From contig JAIOHV010000229.1 in NCBI GenBank assembly GCA_019912885.1, forward strand, positions 3,846 through 67,845: 64,000 bases of DNA, in the 5' to 3' direction. The translations under genes were made by a program, and so were the position numbers. Under the pieces are notes generated by a model that was not told the origin of the DNA, made no database searches, and saw nothing but the letters and a program-made list of their open reading frames with translations. Each line of letters starts with the position of its first letter. Position 1 is the first letter of the stretch. Source of the stretch: a bacterium. GTDB taxonomy: Bacteria > Lernaellota > Lernaellaia > JACKCT01. Positions 32,745 to 42,474 of the stretch are shown here, piece by piece.

Positions 32745-34939
32745 CAGGCGCGCGCATTCTCGTCGTGGACGATAATCGCGACCTGGCGAACGGAATCGCC
32801 ATGGTGCTCGGCGAAGCCGGGCTCAAAGCCCACGTCGCGTATTCCGCCCCAAGCGCGCTTGAGCTCCTGGAAGCCGGCGAATTCGAACTGGTGTTGAGCG
32901 ATATCCGCATGCCTTCCATGAGCGGCCTCGATTTGCTCAAGGACATCCGCGCGCGCTGGCCGTTGACGAAGGTCGTCCTGATCACGGCCTACGGCGCCAT
33001 CGACACGGCCGTCGATGCGATGAAAGGCGGGGCGTGCGACTATCTGACCAAACCTTTCGACAACGACGCGCTCGTGGACGTCGTGCGGCGCGCCCTCGCA
33101 AGCGGCGTCGCCTCCGGCGGCACCGACACGGCCTCCGTCGTCGGCGACGTCGCGGCGGCCATTTCCGCCGAGGATCTCTTGCCCAGTTTAAGAAGCGCGC
33201 TTGCGGTGCTTCTCGAAGCCACCGGCGCGGACGATGGTGAGATATTCCTGTGCGAACCCGAAGGAAGGGATCCGCTGCTCGCCGCGTGGGCGGGACCGGA
33301 CGCCATCGCGCTTGCGGATCGAACGCGCTTCGAACCCGGCGTCGGCTATCCGGGTATCGTCGTGGCGACGGGCAAACCGTTGTCCACCAAGGGCGGACTG
33401 GCGGACGATTCGCGATATCTAAGGCGGCGCGTCGTCGATGCCGGTATACGTTCGTTTGTGGCCGTTCCCCTTCCCGACACACACGGAGCCCTGGGCTCGA
33501 TCCACCTGATGTCCCGGCGCCATGATTTTCCGACCGAACACGTGCTCGAGTTGCTGACGCGTGCCGCTTCGCCCGTCAGCAATGTGGTGCGCGCCGGACT
33601 CGCGGCATTGCGTCAGTCGGTCGACCGCGTTTGCGGCGACACCGACGAATCGACCGGCCCGCCGCTTCGCGTCCTTCTTGAATCCATGAGGCAGGTCGCG
33701 GGCGCCCGCAATGGATCGCTGTTTCTGATCGATCCGCGCACCGGATACCCGGACCGTGTCGTGTCCACCGGCCCGGCATCGCTGTCGTGCGGACACGCCG
33801 CGGAGAACTCCTGGATGGGCTGCCCTTCCATCCTGGCCGCGCACGGGTTCGTCGCGGACTCCAGCCGCCGTACCTGGCCCGACCGCTGCCGGTGCGGACT
33901 GCCGCGGCGTGCGGCGACGCCTTGTTGTCTTCCGCTCGTCGCGGGAGGGCACGTTTACGGCGTCGTCTTTCTTGATTTCGGAAGGGATGGAGCCGAAAAC
34001 GCGATCGGCCGGCTCGTGCCGCTTTTGACGATGGCGCACCAGACCGCCGTCAGGCTGCAATCGCATCGCGCGGGGCACACGCCGACCGTGGAAAGTAACG
34101 GTTTCGCCGCCGGCGCCGCGGCGCACCCGACGCCGGGGCTCGAGTTACGTTGCCTTGGTTCCTTTACTCTTGCCCTTGGGGGCCGGCCGGTGCCGGCCGA
34201 GGCCTTTTCGCGAAGCAAGGCGCTCGCGTTGCTCAAGTTCCTTGCCTTAAAGGCCGGCACGCCGCAGCACCGCGACGTGCTCATCGAACACCTGTGGCCC
34301 GAGGTCAACCCCCGGCACGGGATCAACCGGCTGTATGGCGTCATCCACGACCTTCGCTCGGTGATCGAGCCGCGCCGGGCCCGGCAGGAATGGCTCTACG
34401 TCGTCAATCGGGGCGAATTTTATTATCTCAATCTGGATGCGCCGATCGACCTTGATCTCGTCCGTTTTCGCAAGTTGTCGTCGCGGGGGCTTCGGGCCGG
34501 TTTCGCGGCGACCGCGGACGTCATCGACGACCTCGAACGGGCCGTGGAGCTTTACCGGGGCGATCTGTTCGAGGACGATCCGTTTTCCTCCTGGTGCGAG
34601 GCGGAACGGCAGAAACTGAAGGAAACGCACGCGAACATGCTCGATCGGCTCGCGCGGCTTCACGCAAAACGGGGCGCGCCGGAAAAAGCGCTCGAATGCC
34701 TGCGCCTCGCGCGGCATTCGTCACCGTTTTGCGAGAACCTTTTGCAGGCGCAAATGCGTCTGCTTTCCGAATTGGGGCGACCCGCGGAAGCGATGGCGTG
34801 CTATCAGGATTACCGGCGGCTGCTGATGGACGATCTCGATGCCGAACCCACCGAGGATATCCGGATTCTCTATCGGCGCCTGATGAGAACGACGCAGGAA
34901 CAGGCGAACCGGCAAGGGCGACCCGCGTCCCGGCCATGA
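32741..34939 (+). CDS. Response regulator with REC + 2x GAF + C-terminal SARP (wHTH + BTAD) domains
   Basis: The REC domain reads ILVVDDNRDLANG...LSDIRMPSMSGLDLLKDIR...KPFD. Two GAF-like regions follow. The C-terminus (LRCLGSFTLALGGRPV...SKALALLKFLAL...LIEHLWPE) is a SARP-type winged helix followed by TPR-like BTAD. Its ATGA overlaps the kinase stop. Confidence 0.75.
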   Translation: MTGARILVVDDNRDLANGIAMVLGEAGLKAHVAYSAPSALELLEAGEFELVLSDIRMPSMSGLDLLKDIRARWPLTKVVLITAYGAIDTAVDAMKGGACDYLTKPFDNDALVDVVRRALASGVASGGTDTASVVGDVAAAISAEDLLPSLRSALAVLLEATGADDGEIFLCEPEGRDPLLAAWAGPDAIALADRTRFEPGVGYPGIVVATGKPLSTKGGLADDSRYLRRRVVDAGIRSFVAVPLPDTHGALGSIHLMSRRHDFPTEHVLELLTRAASPVSNVVRAGLAALRQSVDRVCGDTDESTGPPLRVLLESMRQVAGARNGSLFLIDPRTGYPDRVVSTGPASLSCGHAAENSWMGCPSILAAHGFVADSSRRTWPDRCRCGLPRRAATPCCLPLVAGGHVYGVVFLDFGRDGAENAIGRLVPLLTMAHQTAVRLQSHRAGHTPTVESNGFAAGAAAHPTPGLELRCLGSFTLALGGRPVPAEAFSRSKALALLKFLALKAGTPQHRDVLIEHLWPEVNPRHGINRLYGVIHDLRSVIEPRRARQEWLYVVNRGEFYYLNLDAPIDLDLVRFRKLSSRGLRAGFAATADVIDDLERAVELYRGDLFEDDPFSSWCEAERQKLKETHANMLDRLARLHAKRGAPEKALECLRLARHSSPFCENLLQAQMRLLSELGRPAEAMACYQDYRRLLMDDLDAEPTEDIRILYRRLMRTTQEQANRQGRPASRP

Positions 34940-34968
34940 CCGCGACGTCCCGCTAACGCGAACACCAT

Positions 34969-35238
34969 TTACGGCGTGCCCGATCCGCTTTCCTCGCGGG
35001 CGTCTTCGTCCGCTTCCATGGCCCCGCGCAGGTAGGTGAACGAACCGACGAGCCACACGAGCGTGCCAAGGCCGAGGAAAGCGAGCGTGCCCCGCGCGAA
35101 CGGGACGGCGTTCCGGAACAGGATGTCGCCGATATCGGTATCCATCCCGCCGGCAAAGCAGGCCGCGCAGTAGAGAATCACGCCCACGACCGTCATGACG
35201 AAGCCGGCGAAAATCATCCGCTTACCAGTTTTTTGCAT
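34969..35238 (-). CDS. Small membrane protein (89 aa, two TM helices), hypothetical
   Basis: It is the tail of track ORF 34969..35643, running MQKTGKRMIFAGFVMTVVGVILYCAACFAGG...FLGLGTLVWLVGSF... followed by an acidic C-terminus. There is no clear SD. Confidence 0.4.
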   Translation of the reverse strand: MQKTGKRMIFAGFVMTVVGVILYCAACFAGGMDTDIGDILFRNAVPFARGTLAFLGLGTLVWLVGSFTYLRGAMEADEDAREESGSGTP

Positions 35239-35360
35239 GGATTCCGCGCGCGCGGCCGTCGAAGGGAGCGCGGGCGATCGGGATTCCGAATCGGGGATCT
35301 CGCGAACGAAGGCGCCCGCGGCATGCCGGTTCAGAATTCGGGAAGACAACGGGGTCGTGC

Positions 35361-36548
35361 TCATGGCGAACCTCCAAGTGACGACGAACGGGTGCCCGGG
35401 CGGCCGGTCGCCGCGAGAGCGGCAAACGGCGATCCGGTGGAAAGCGGGCGCCTCAGATCGCTCCATGCGGAAAGGAGCAGATAAAGAAAGCGGTTCACCA
35501 GACCAAAGAAGGTGAACAGCCAGGCGATGATGGCAAGGATAACGAAGGATCGGGATATCCAGGCGAGAAACGGCAACTCGAAGGTCTCGACGAGACGAAA
35601 GGTGCAGACGCTGTACATCCCGAGCGGAAAGACCATTCCCCAATACAACGGGTCATACGTGAAGGCCACCTTGCGCACGACGTGCCGCCAGATGCCGAGA
35701 ACGATCAGCATCGGAATCCACCAGGTCGCCGTCGCCCAATAGAGAATCGTGAACCCTTTGACGAACGGGCGGATCGACTCCATGAACGGCGAATCGCCCG
35801 AAACCGCGACGAGTGCCGTGCCGGCAAGCGTCGAGATGGCGACCGCGCCCATGTTGATCCAATACGGCGGCATGAGGTCGGCCGGGGAAAACCGGAGAAA
35901 CGTATAACGATAGAAGATCAGCGAGATCATCCAGATGTAGAGCATCCCGCCGCATAGCCAAAAGGAGGTCAGAAAAAACAAGGTCGCGTCCCGATTGCCC
36001 GAATGCCCGGGAAGGACAAGGCACCCCAGGACGGCGACGGACTGCGTTGCCACGACCGCGACAAGCCAACCGCCGTTGATGCCTTCGGCCAGCGACGGTT
36101 TCACCTCCCGAACGCTGAGCGCGACAAAGACCGTGTAGGTACAAATCACCCAGAGCAACAGGCCGGCAATCCACAGCGCAAAGCCGATCGCCAGGGAATG
36201 CCGCACAAGGACAAACTGGGATCCCAGCACGCACGTCGCGGCCACCATCGTGAAGAATCCGGGACTCCGCTGATGGCAGCTCCAGTCGGCGAGGAACGTC
36301 TCGCGAAACCAGAGCGCCCGGGCCATCGTGGCAAGCCAGATCGCGCCATACGCGAAAATGTTGACCCAGAACAGGAACGCCGACAGATCGCGCAAGCCGA
36401 GCAGATGGCACGCGATGCAGACGATCCCCGTCGCCATCGACATCGCGAAATACGCCGGGTGAAACGTCGCCACCCCCTCGCCGAGGAAGCGGCGCGCGCG
36501 TCCCGATGCCGGGAACGATGCCCGGCTCTCCACGTCCAATCCCATCAT
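35361..36548 (-). CDS. TDT-family (TehA/Mae1/SLAC1-like) anion transporter
   Basis: It is a 10-TM protein of about 395 aa with conserved aromatic-rich helices (…FFTMVAATCVLGSQFVL… …FVILAIIAWLF…) characteristic of the tellurite-resistance/dicarboxylate transporter family. Confidence 0.6.
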   Translation of the reverse strand: MMGLDVESRASFPASGRARRFLGEGVATFHPAYFAMSMATGIVCIACHLLGLRDLSAFLFWVNIFAYGAIWLATMARALWFRETFLADWSCHQRSPGFFTMVAATCVLGSQFVLVRHSLAIGFALWIAGLLLWVICTYTVFVALSVREVKPSLAEGINGGWLVAVVATQSVAVLGCLVLPGHSGNRDATLFFLTSFWLCGGMLYIWMISLIFYRYTFLRFSPADLMPPYWINMGAVAISTLAGTALVAVSGDSPFMESIRPFVKGFTILYWATATWWIPMLIVLGIWRHVVRKVAFTYDPLYWGMVFPLGMYSVCTFRLVETFELPFLAWISRSFVILAIIAWLFTFFGLVNRFLYLLLSAWSDLRRPLSTGSPFAALAATGRPGTRSSSLGGSP

Positions 36549-36650
36549 GCAGGAAATTATGAGCTCGGTCCCGTTGCGCCGGGAATCGGGCTTCGTCCGA
36601 TCGCGGCGTAGGAAGGCGGGAAGGCGCCGGTCGGCGTTTGTCCTACAATT

Positions 36651-37283
36651 TCAACCGACAAGACCGTTGCGCACGGCGTACTGGATGATTTCGGCGTTGG
36701 AAGCGAGCGACATCTTTTCGAGGATGCGTGTCCGGTACGTACTCACGGTTTTGACGCTGAGTTGGAGTCGTTCGGCGATCTCCGACACGGATTTGGCCGA
36801 CGCCAACAGCAGAAAGACCTCGAGCTCGCGGCCGGAAAGGGTTTCGTGCGGCATCTCGCCGGGCTTTTTGGCCAGGTGATCGGCAAGCTGTTCCGCGAGT
36901 GTTTCCGAGAGATAGCGCCGTCCCTTGCGGACGGTTCGAATGGCCTTGAACAGCTCCGTATCCGCGGCTTGCTCTTTTGTGAGGTAGGCGGAGGCGCCGC
37001 CGGCGAGCGCGCGGACGACAAACTGCCGCTCGCTGTACATCGACAACACGATCACCGGCAGGCTCGGCCGCGCTTCCTTGATTTGCGGCAACGCGGCCAG
37101 GCCGTTTTCGGCCCCGAGCGCGACATCCAGGATCACGACATCCCACGGCGCCGACCTCACCTTCCGGAGCAATTCCGCGCACGTCGTCGCTTCCCCGATC
37201 GTGACGCCCGGAAACTCCAGCTCGAGGATCCGGCTCAACCCGGATCGCACGATCGCGTGGTCATCGGCGATGAGAATCTTCAT
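36651..37283 (-). CDS. NarL/FixJ-family response regulator (REC + LuxR-type HTH)
   Basis: Translation MKILIADDHAIVRSGL...VVILDVALGAENGL...LSGRELEVFLLLASAKSVSEIAERLQLSVKTVSTYRTRILEKM is a family match. Its ATGA overlaps the upstream kinase. Confidence 0.85.
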   Translation of the reverse strand: MKILIADDHAIVRSGLSRILELEFPGVTIGEATTCAELLRKVRSAPWDVVILDVALGAENGLAALPQIKEARPSLPVIVLSMYSERQFVVRALAGGASAYLTKEQAADTELFKAIRTVRKGRRYLSETLAEQLADHLAKKPGEMPHETLSGRELEVFLLLASAKSVSEIAERLQLSVKTVSTYRTRILEKMSLASNAEIIQYAVRNGLVG

Positions 37284-39157
37284 GGTCCGCCATCCGGACC
37301 CGCCGCGCCATCCGGCGCTATCGGCGCCTCCCGGGGCACTTCAACCTCGATCGTCGTGCCTTCTCCGGGCCGTCCCCGCACGGCGAACGAGCCGCCGAGA
37401 AGGTGGACACGCTCGCGCATGCCCAGGATGCCGAGCGACTGGGGCCCTTCGGCGTCCGCGGGCTCGATGCCCTTGCCGTTATCGTGAATCGTAAGCGCAA
37501 GAGTCGCTTCGTTGCCCATAAGGTCAACGCTCACTTCGGTTGCGTCGGCATGTCGGATGACGTTCGTCAAGGCTTCCTGCACGATCCGGAACACGGTGGT
37601 CGATACCAGCCCGTCGATGGGCTCCGAAACATTGCCGACATTGAGAATGATCGCAAGACCGGAGTTGGCCTCGCGATCGCGCACAAGCCAATCGACGGCC
37701 GCGGCAAGCCCCAGCCGATCAAGCACCGGGGGACGCAGTTCCGATGAAATCCGCCGGACGGAATCGATGGCGCGGTTGATCTGCTCGCCCATCTTGACGA
37801 TCGCCTCATCGCCGGCCAACGAGTCCGGCCGGCGCGAGCACACGCGGCAGACGGTCGAAAGTTCCATCTTCAGGCCGGTCAGAATCTGGCCAAGTTCGTC
37901 ATGAAGTTCGCGCGCGATCCGGCTTGCTTCTTCGTCGCGCGCCGCCTGGAGTCGATGAGAAAGGGCGCGAAGCCGCCCCTGGGCTTCGTGAGCCTCCTTT
38001 TGCCGGGTGGCCAAGGCGTCGGCCATGGCGCTGAACGAAACGGCAAGCTCCCGCAACTCCCCGTGACTTCCGGGCAACGGAGCCCGCGCCGAGAGGTCGC
38101 CGGCGCCGAACCGTCGCACCGCCCTCGTCAGCGCGCGCAAGACACGCAGCACGGAGAACTCAGCCGCGAAAATCGCCGAGGCAATCGCGAAAATCGTCAC
38201 CAGGATGAGTCCCACCAAGGTGCGGTAGAAGGCGTGATTCGCCGTCCCTTGCACGCGTTCGTACGGCAAGCCGGCGACGACGAAGATACCGGGGATGCCT
38301 TCCATCGGCGTCGCCACAAAAAATCGCGACATCGCGTCGGGACCGATATCGATGACGGCTCCGTGCGGGCGGCCCAACGCCTGGGCGAGGGCGGGATTGG
38401 GTTGCTGTTGCTCGGCGGCGAGAAGGCCCGTATCCGCACCCGAACGCGCGAGCACGTGCCCGTCGCGGTCCGTGATCAGCAGCGAGTAGTCCGCCGGCAG
38501 ATTCGCCTGCTCGGCCAGTTGATCGAGCCAGCCGAGTTCCACCGCCACGAACGCAACGGCGCAAGGCGCTTGATCCGGGCCGCGAATCGCATGGGCCAGG
38601 TGCAGGACGGGTCGGTCGACGAAGCCGACGACATACGTCCCCGTCTCGACCTCGATTGAGCCGAGTGCGCGCTCGAAGGCGACGTTCGTCTTCAGGCTCG
38701 AATGCCGGATGTCCGCCGCGCTGCACACAACCTCGCCGTCCGGATCGGCAACGCCGATATTCGCGAACTGGGGAAATCCGTTGAGAAGCGCGGGTAGGTA
38801 TTCCGGACAGACCGGCGCCGCCACCGGCGGCCCGCCTTCGCACGCGAGCACGTCGCCGAGGCGACGAAGGAGGTTGCGGCCGCCGTTGAGCTGATGGGCG
38901 TGTTCGCGCGACGCCAGGTTTCCGAGATGGCGCGCCTCGGTTTCCATGCGTTCCAGAGCCGCCACGCGCTCCCGGGCCGCCGCAAGAAAAATGAACAGGA
39001 CCGCCGGTACGGTCGCGAAGCCGATGAGCAATATCAGGCGGCCGCGTAGGGTAAGGAAGACTTTGACGAACCGCCGCGTCGTCGATAGCTGTTTTCCGCT
39101 GACCTCGCGGTTTTCCATCGGCTCACGGGACGCGCCAGGCCGGCGCGGCGCGGTCAT
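37280..39157 (-). CDS. NarX/NarQ-class sensor histidine kinase (TM-periplasmic domain-TM-HAMP-HisKA_3-HATPase)
   Basis: The H-box is RIARELHDELGQILTGLKMEL (HisKA_3). The ATPase boxes are QEALTNVIRHA...HDNGKGI. Two TM segments flank an about 280-aa periplasmic domain. Confidence 0.8.
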   Translation of the reverse strand: MTAPRRPGASREPMENREVSGKQLSTTRRFVKVFLTLRGRLILLIGFATVPAVLFIFLAAARERVAALERMETEARHLGNLASREHAHQLNGGRNLLRRLGDVLACEGGPPVAAPVCPEYLPALLNGFPQFANIGVADPDGEVVCSAADIRHSSLKTNVAFERALGSIEVETGTYVVGFVDRPVLHLAHAIRGPDQAPCAVAFVAVELGWLDQLAEQANLPADYSLLITDRDGHVLARSGADTGLLAAEQQQPNPALAQALGRPHGAVIDIGPDAMSRFFVATPMEGIPGIFVVAGLPYERVQGTANHAFYRTLVGLILVTIFAIASAIFAAEFSVLRVLRALTRAVRRFGAGDLSARAPLPGSHGELRELAVSFSAMADALATRQKEAHEAQGRLRALSHRLQAARDEEASRIARELHDELGQILTGLKMELSTVCRVCSRRPDSLAGDEAIVKMGEQINRAIDSVRRISSELRPPVLDRLGLAAAVDWLVRDREANSGLAIILNVGNVSEPIDGLVSTTVFRIVQEALTNVIRHADATEVSVDLMGNEATLALTIHDNGKGIEPADAEGPQSLGILGMRERVHLLGGSFAVRGRPGEGTTIEVEVPREAPIAPDGAAGPDGGP

Positions 39158-39571
39158 ACGGGTTCTTCCTCCATCGCATGATCGAGTATGGCCGTCGCGT
39201 GGATCGTCGTTGTGTCATAACACGGGTATCCCGGTGCGCGGCAGGTCCAGGACAGTAGCGCGATACGTATCAGGCATTGACGTCCGTACGGGAGCCGGTG
39301 TCAAGGGAGGCGGGATGCGTCTTAAAGTCGCGGAAGCTGTGCACGATCGGCATCGCTCGCAATACAACTCGACGGCACGCTCCGGGTTGCGGAGGTTTCG
39401 GGCGGCGGGCGAAACGAGGAGATGCCACGGCTCGGCGAAACCCGGTTCCCGGTAGTCGACGACATCGGCGCCGCCCTTATGCCGGCCGCGATTCTAGGTA
39501 GCCGGTAACCCGGCCACCGAAAAGCCCACTGGGACCTGATCCTTGTGCACCAGGTGTGCACCACGACACGG

Positions 39572-39608
39572 AAAAACGAATCCCCGGGGGAATTTCCCCG
39601 GGGATTCA
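39572..39608 (-). terminator. Intrinsic terminator downstream of tRNA-Asp
   Basis: A GC-rich dyad (gaatcccccggggg aattt ccccggggattc) is followed on the minus strand by a U-run (A5 at 39572-39576 on plus). Confidence 0.6.
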
Positions 39609-39623
39609 AGGACTTTGGTCGAT

Positions 39624-39697
<74 letters not shown>

Positions 39698-39915
39698 ATC
39701 AAGGCGCACGGCGGGCCGCGTGCCAAGGCGCGTATTGTAGATAGAGCCGCGCCGGTGTCAAGCAAATCCGCACCGATTCAAGGCGGGAATGACATGGGCT
39801 TTTCCCCGGGCATGTTTCGCCGCGCGTCGGGTTCGTCTCGCGGCGCGAGACGCGACGACGTTTCGCTCTTAGTCGAACGTTGCGTGTGTCGCGCGCGTTT
39901 TCTACGATCCGCGCC

Positions 39916-42051
39916 ATGTTCGACAAAATTTTTCGCGGATGGGTTTGGCGCGCGGCGATCGCGATTGCGTGCGCTTTGATTCTCACCGTAATAGCCGGCG
40001 CGGCAATCGAGCGCGCGGTCGCCGAGGACGACAAGGGCGATTCGCCCCCCTCGTCCGAAGCGACCCCGACGCCGACGCCCACCCCTTCACCCGCTGCGTC
40101 ACCCGCGCCGGCGGCGGAATCGACGCCGGCGCCCGATGCGACGCCGGTGGACGCAGAGGCCACGCCGGCCAAACCTCCCGACGATGGTCTGCCGCCGATC
40201 GAGGCGTATCTGAACATCCGCCGCGCGGTGGGGCCGACGTGGTCGCCCGACGGGCAGAGCCTCGTGTACCTCTCGAACGATACGGGCACCTATCAGGCGT
40301 GGAAGATCGCCGCGGACGGCGGAGAGCCCGTGCGTTTGACGCAGTTTGAAAACACGATCGGCTTCGTGGAATACCTGCCGAACGCGCGCCGCATCTTGTT
40401 CGGCATGGACGAAGGCGGCAACGAGCGCACGCAGATCTACATCATGAACGACGACGGCATGGACGTCGTTCGCCTGACCTCCGACGAAAACGTCATCCAC
40501 ACGCTCGGCGCGGTGGATCGCGACGGCAAGCGCATTGCCTACGCGAGCAACGCGCGCGACCAGCGCTACTTCGACGTGTACGTCATGGATCTCGCCACGC
40601 GCCAATCGCGCCTCGTGCTGCAGCAGGATGCGTACAACGAGGCAGCCGCGTTTTCGCCCGACGGAAAATTCGTCGTCGTGTCGACGTGGGAGTCGAACTT
40701 CAACAACAACCTCACGCTCGTCGAGATGCCGTCGCTCGCCGATCAGCTCCTGACTCCGCACTCCGGATGGGCGACGTACACCGACATCGCGTGGCCGCCG
40801 GGAGCGGACGCGTTCTATCTTATATCCAACCTCGGGCAGGATTGGTCGAAGGTCGCAACGCTCGAACCAAAGGAGCGCGAGCTCGCCTACAAGGGCACGG
40901 GCAAGTGGGATGCGCAGACGCTGGCGATCTCGCGCGACGGCTCGCGCCTCGCGTACACACTGAACGTCAATGGCCAATCGACGCTGGCGCTTGTCGATCT
41001 CAAGCAGGGCAAGCCGCTGCCCGTACCGGCGATCGAGGAGGGCATCATCGGCGGGCTCGAGTTTTCGCCGGACAGCAACAAGCTCGCGTTTCACTTCAGC
41101 TCTCCCACGCGAACGCACAACGTCTGGATCGCGGACCTGGCCGCGAACACCGCGGCGCCGCTGACCGACGCGAGCCTCGCGGGGATCGACCCGGCAACGT
41201 TCGTTTCCCCGCGCCAAGTTCGCTATCGCGGCCACGACGACCTTGTGATCCCGGCGTTCCTCTACGTTCCGCCCGGCGAGAGCGACGGCCCGCGCGGTGT
41301 CGTCGTGTACGCGCACGGCGGACCGGAGGCGCAGGAGCGGCCGGATTTTTCGGGGCTATTTCAATATCTGCTCTCGCGCGGCATCGCGATCTTCGCGCCG
41401 AACGTTCGCGGCAGCACGGGGTACGGCAAGACCTACGAACATCTGGACGACAAGCGCCTGCGCCGCAATTCCTTGCGCGACTACGCGGCGGGGGTGGAAT
41501 TTCTGAAATCGGCTGGCGGGTTCGACGCGGAAAAAATCGGCATCTTCGGCGGCAGCTACGGCGGATACGTCGTGCTGGGGAGTCTTGCGGAATATCCCGA
41601 GTTATTCGCGTGCGGGGTTTCGGTTGTCGGGATTTCGAACTTCGTCACGTTCCTGGAGAACACCGGCGCATGGCGGCGAACGATCCGCGAGGCGGAATAC
41701 GGGACGCTCGCCGAGGACCGCGAGTTCCTGGAATCGATCAGCCCGACAAACCAGGTCGATACCATGCGCGCGCCGCTCATGGTCATCCAGGGCGCGAACG
41801 ATCCGCGCGTGCCGGCGAGCGAATCCGATCAGATGGTCGCCGCGCTGCGCGAGCGCGGGCGGGAAGTGTCCTATCTCCTCTATCCCGACGAGGGGCATGG
41901 CCTCGCCAAGCTGAAAAATCGCCTGGACGCTTACCCGAAGGTCGCGGATTTTCTACGGAAATGCGTCGCGGACCCGGCTGGAGCTCTGAAAACGGAATCG
42001 GATGTAGAAAAATCGTCGAATTCCGCCCCGGATGCGTCCACCCTGCCCTGA
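39916..42051 (+). CDS. S9-family serine peptidase (prolyl oligopeptidase / dipeptidyl-aminopeptidase-like; beta-propeller + alpha/beta hydrolase)
   Basis: An N-terminal TM/signal segment is followed by a Pro/Thr-rich linker, a propeller region and a C-terminal hydrolase domain with the nucleophile motif GGSYGGY and a ...DEGHG... His box. An alternative TTG start lies at 39880. Confidence 0.85.
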   Translation: MFDKIFRGWVWRAAIAIACALILTVIAGAAIERAVAEDDKGDSPPSSEATPTPTPTPSPAASPAPAAESTPAPDATPVDAEATPAKPPDDGLPPIEAYLNIRRAVGPTWSPDGQSLVYLSNDTGTYQAWKIAADGGEPVRLTQFENTIGFVEYLPNARRILFGMDEGGNERTQIYIMNDDGMDVVRLTSDENVIHTLGAVDRDGKRIAYASNARDQRYFDVYVMDLATRQSRLVLQQDAYNEAAAFSPDGKFVVVSTWESNFNNNLTLVEMPSLADQLLTPHSGWATYTDIAWPPGADAFYLISNLGQDWSKVATLEPKERELAYKGTGKWDAQTLAISRDGSRLAYTLNVNGQSTLALVDLKQGKPLPVPAIEEGIIGGLEFSPDSNKLAFHFSSPTRTHNVWIADLAANTAAPLTDASLAGIDPATFVSPRQVRYRGHDDLVIPAFLYVPPGESDGPRGVVVYAHGGPEAQERPDFSGLFQYLLSRGIAIFAPNVRGSTGYGKTYEHLDDKRLRRNSLRDYAAGVEFLKSAGGFDAEKIGIFGGSYGGYVVLGSLAEYPELFACGVSVVGISNFVTFLENTGAWRRTIREAEYGTLAEDREFLESISPTNQVDTMRAPLMVIQGANDPRVPASESDQMVAALRERGREVSYLLYPDEGHGLAKLKNRLDAYPKVADFLRKCVADPAGALKTESDVEKSSNSAPDASTLP

Positions 42052-42129
42052 TGTGCGGTCAAAAAACGGCTGTGATTTTGGTTAGATAGCTCATATTGCT
42101 AAATAGGACCATTGTGGTACAAATAAGCC

Positions 42130-42263
42130 AAGTCCAGTGGCTCCTTGAAAAAGGAGTCACGGACCCTTCCCTCCTTTGGACGTGTTGAATCGAAGTCCCT
42201 CCTTCTGAAAGACACGACCCAAGGTGACATCGCCAGGCCCCGGAAAACCGGGGCCCTTTTTTT
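42130..42263 (+). ncRNA. Candidate small RNA (about 135 nt) ending in an intrinsic terminator
   Basis: The region is AT-richer and non-coding. A putative sigma70-like promoter is present (TTGCTA ... TACAAA near 42096-42130). Internal hairpin ggctccttgaaaaaggagtc and C/U-rich stretches are present (cccttccctccttt, gtccctccttctg). It ends in the terminator at 42236-42263. Confidence 0.3.
42236..42263 (+). terminator. Rho-independent terminator
   Basis: The hairpin ggccccgg-aaaa-ccggggcc is followed by T7 (42257-42263). Confidence 0.7.
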
Positions 42264-42403
42264 GGGATTTTTCGGGATTTCGACGAAATCTTCGAGGCGA
42301 TACCGTCGATGCGTGCCAGGAATCGAAACCGCCAACGCGCCCACAAAAGCAAACCCCGCAAACTTTCGTTCACGGGGTCGCTTTCTGCCGACGGGCCGTT
42401 TTA

Positions 42404-42474
42404 AGTCATGCCCAGGACCGGGCTATACAGCCTTCGCTGCAGTGAGCCACAGGACGCAGCATGTAACGCTTCAT
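42404..42474 (-). CDS. Small ORF (22 aa, MKRYMLRPVAHCSEGCIARSWA) with strong Shine-Dalgarno
   Basis: On the minus strand, AGGAGGAAAGCACC-ATG gives a canonical SD with 8-nt spacing. The peptide has two Cys and no homology call is possible. Confidence 0.3.
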
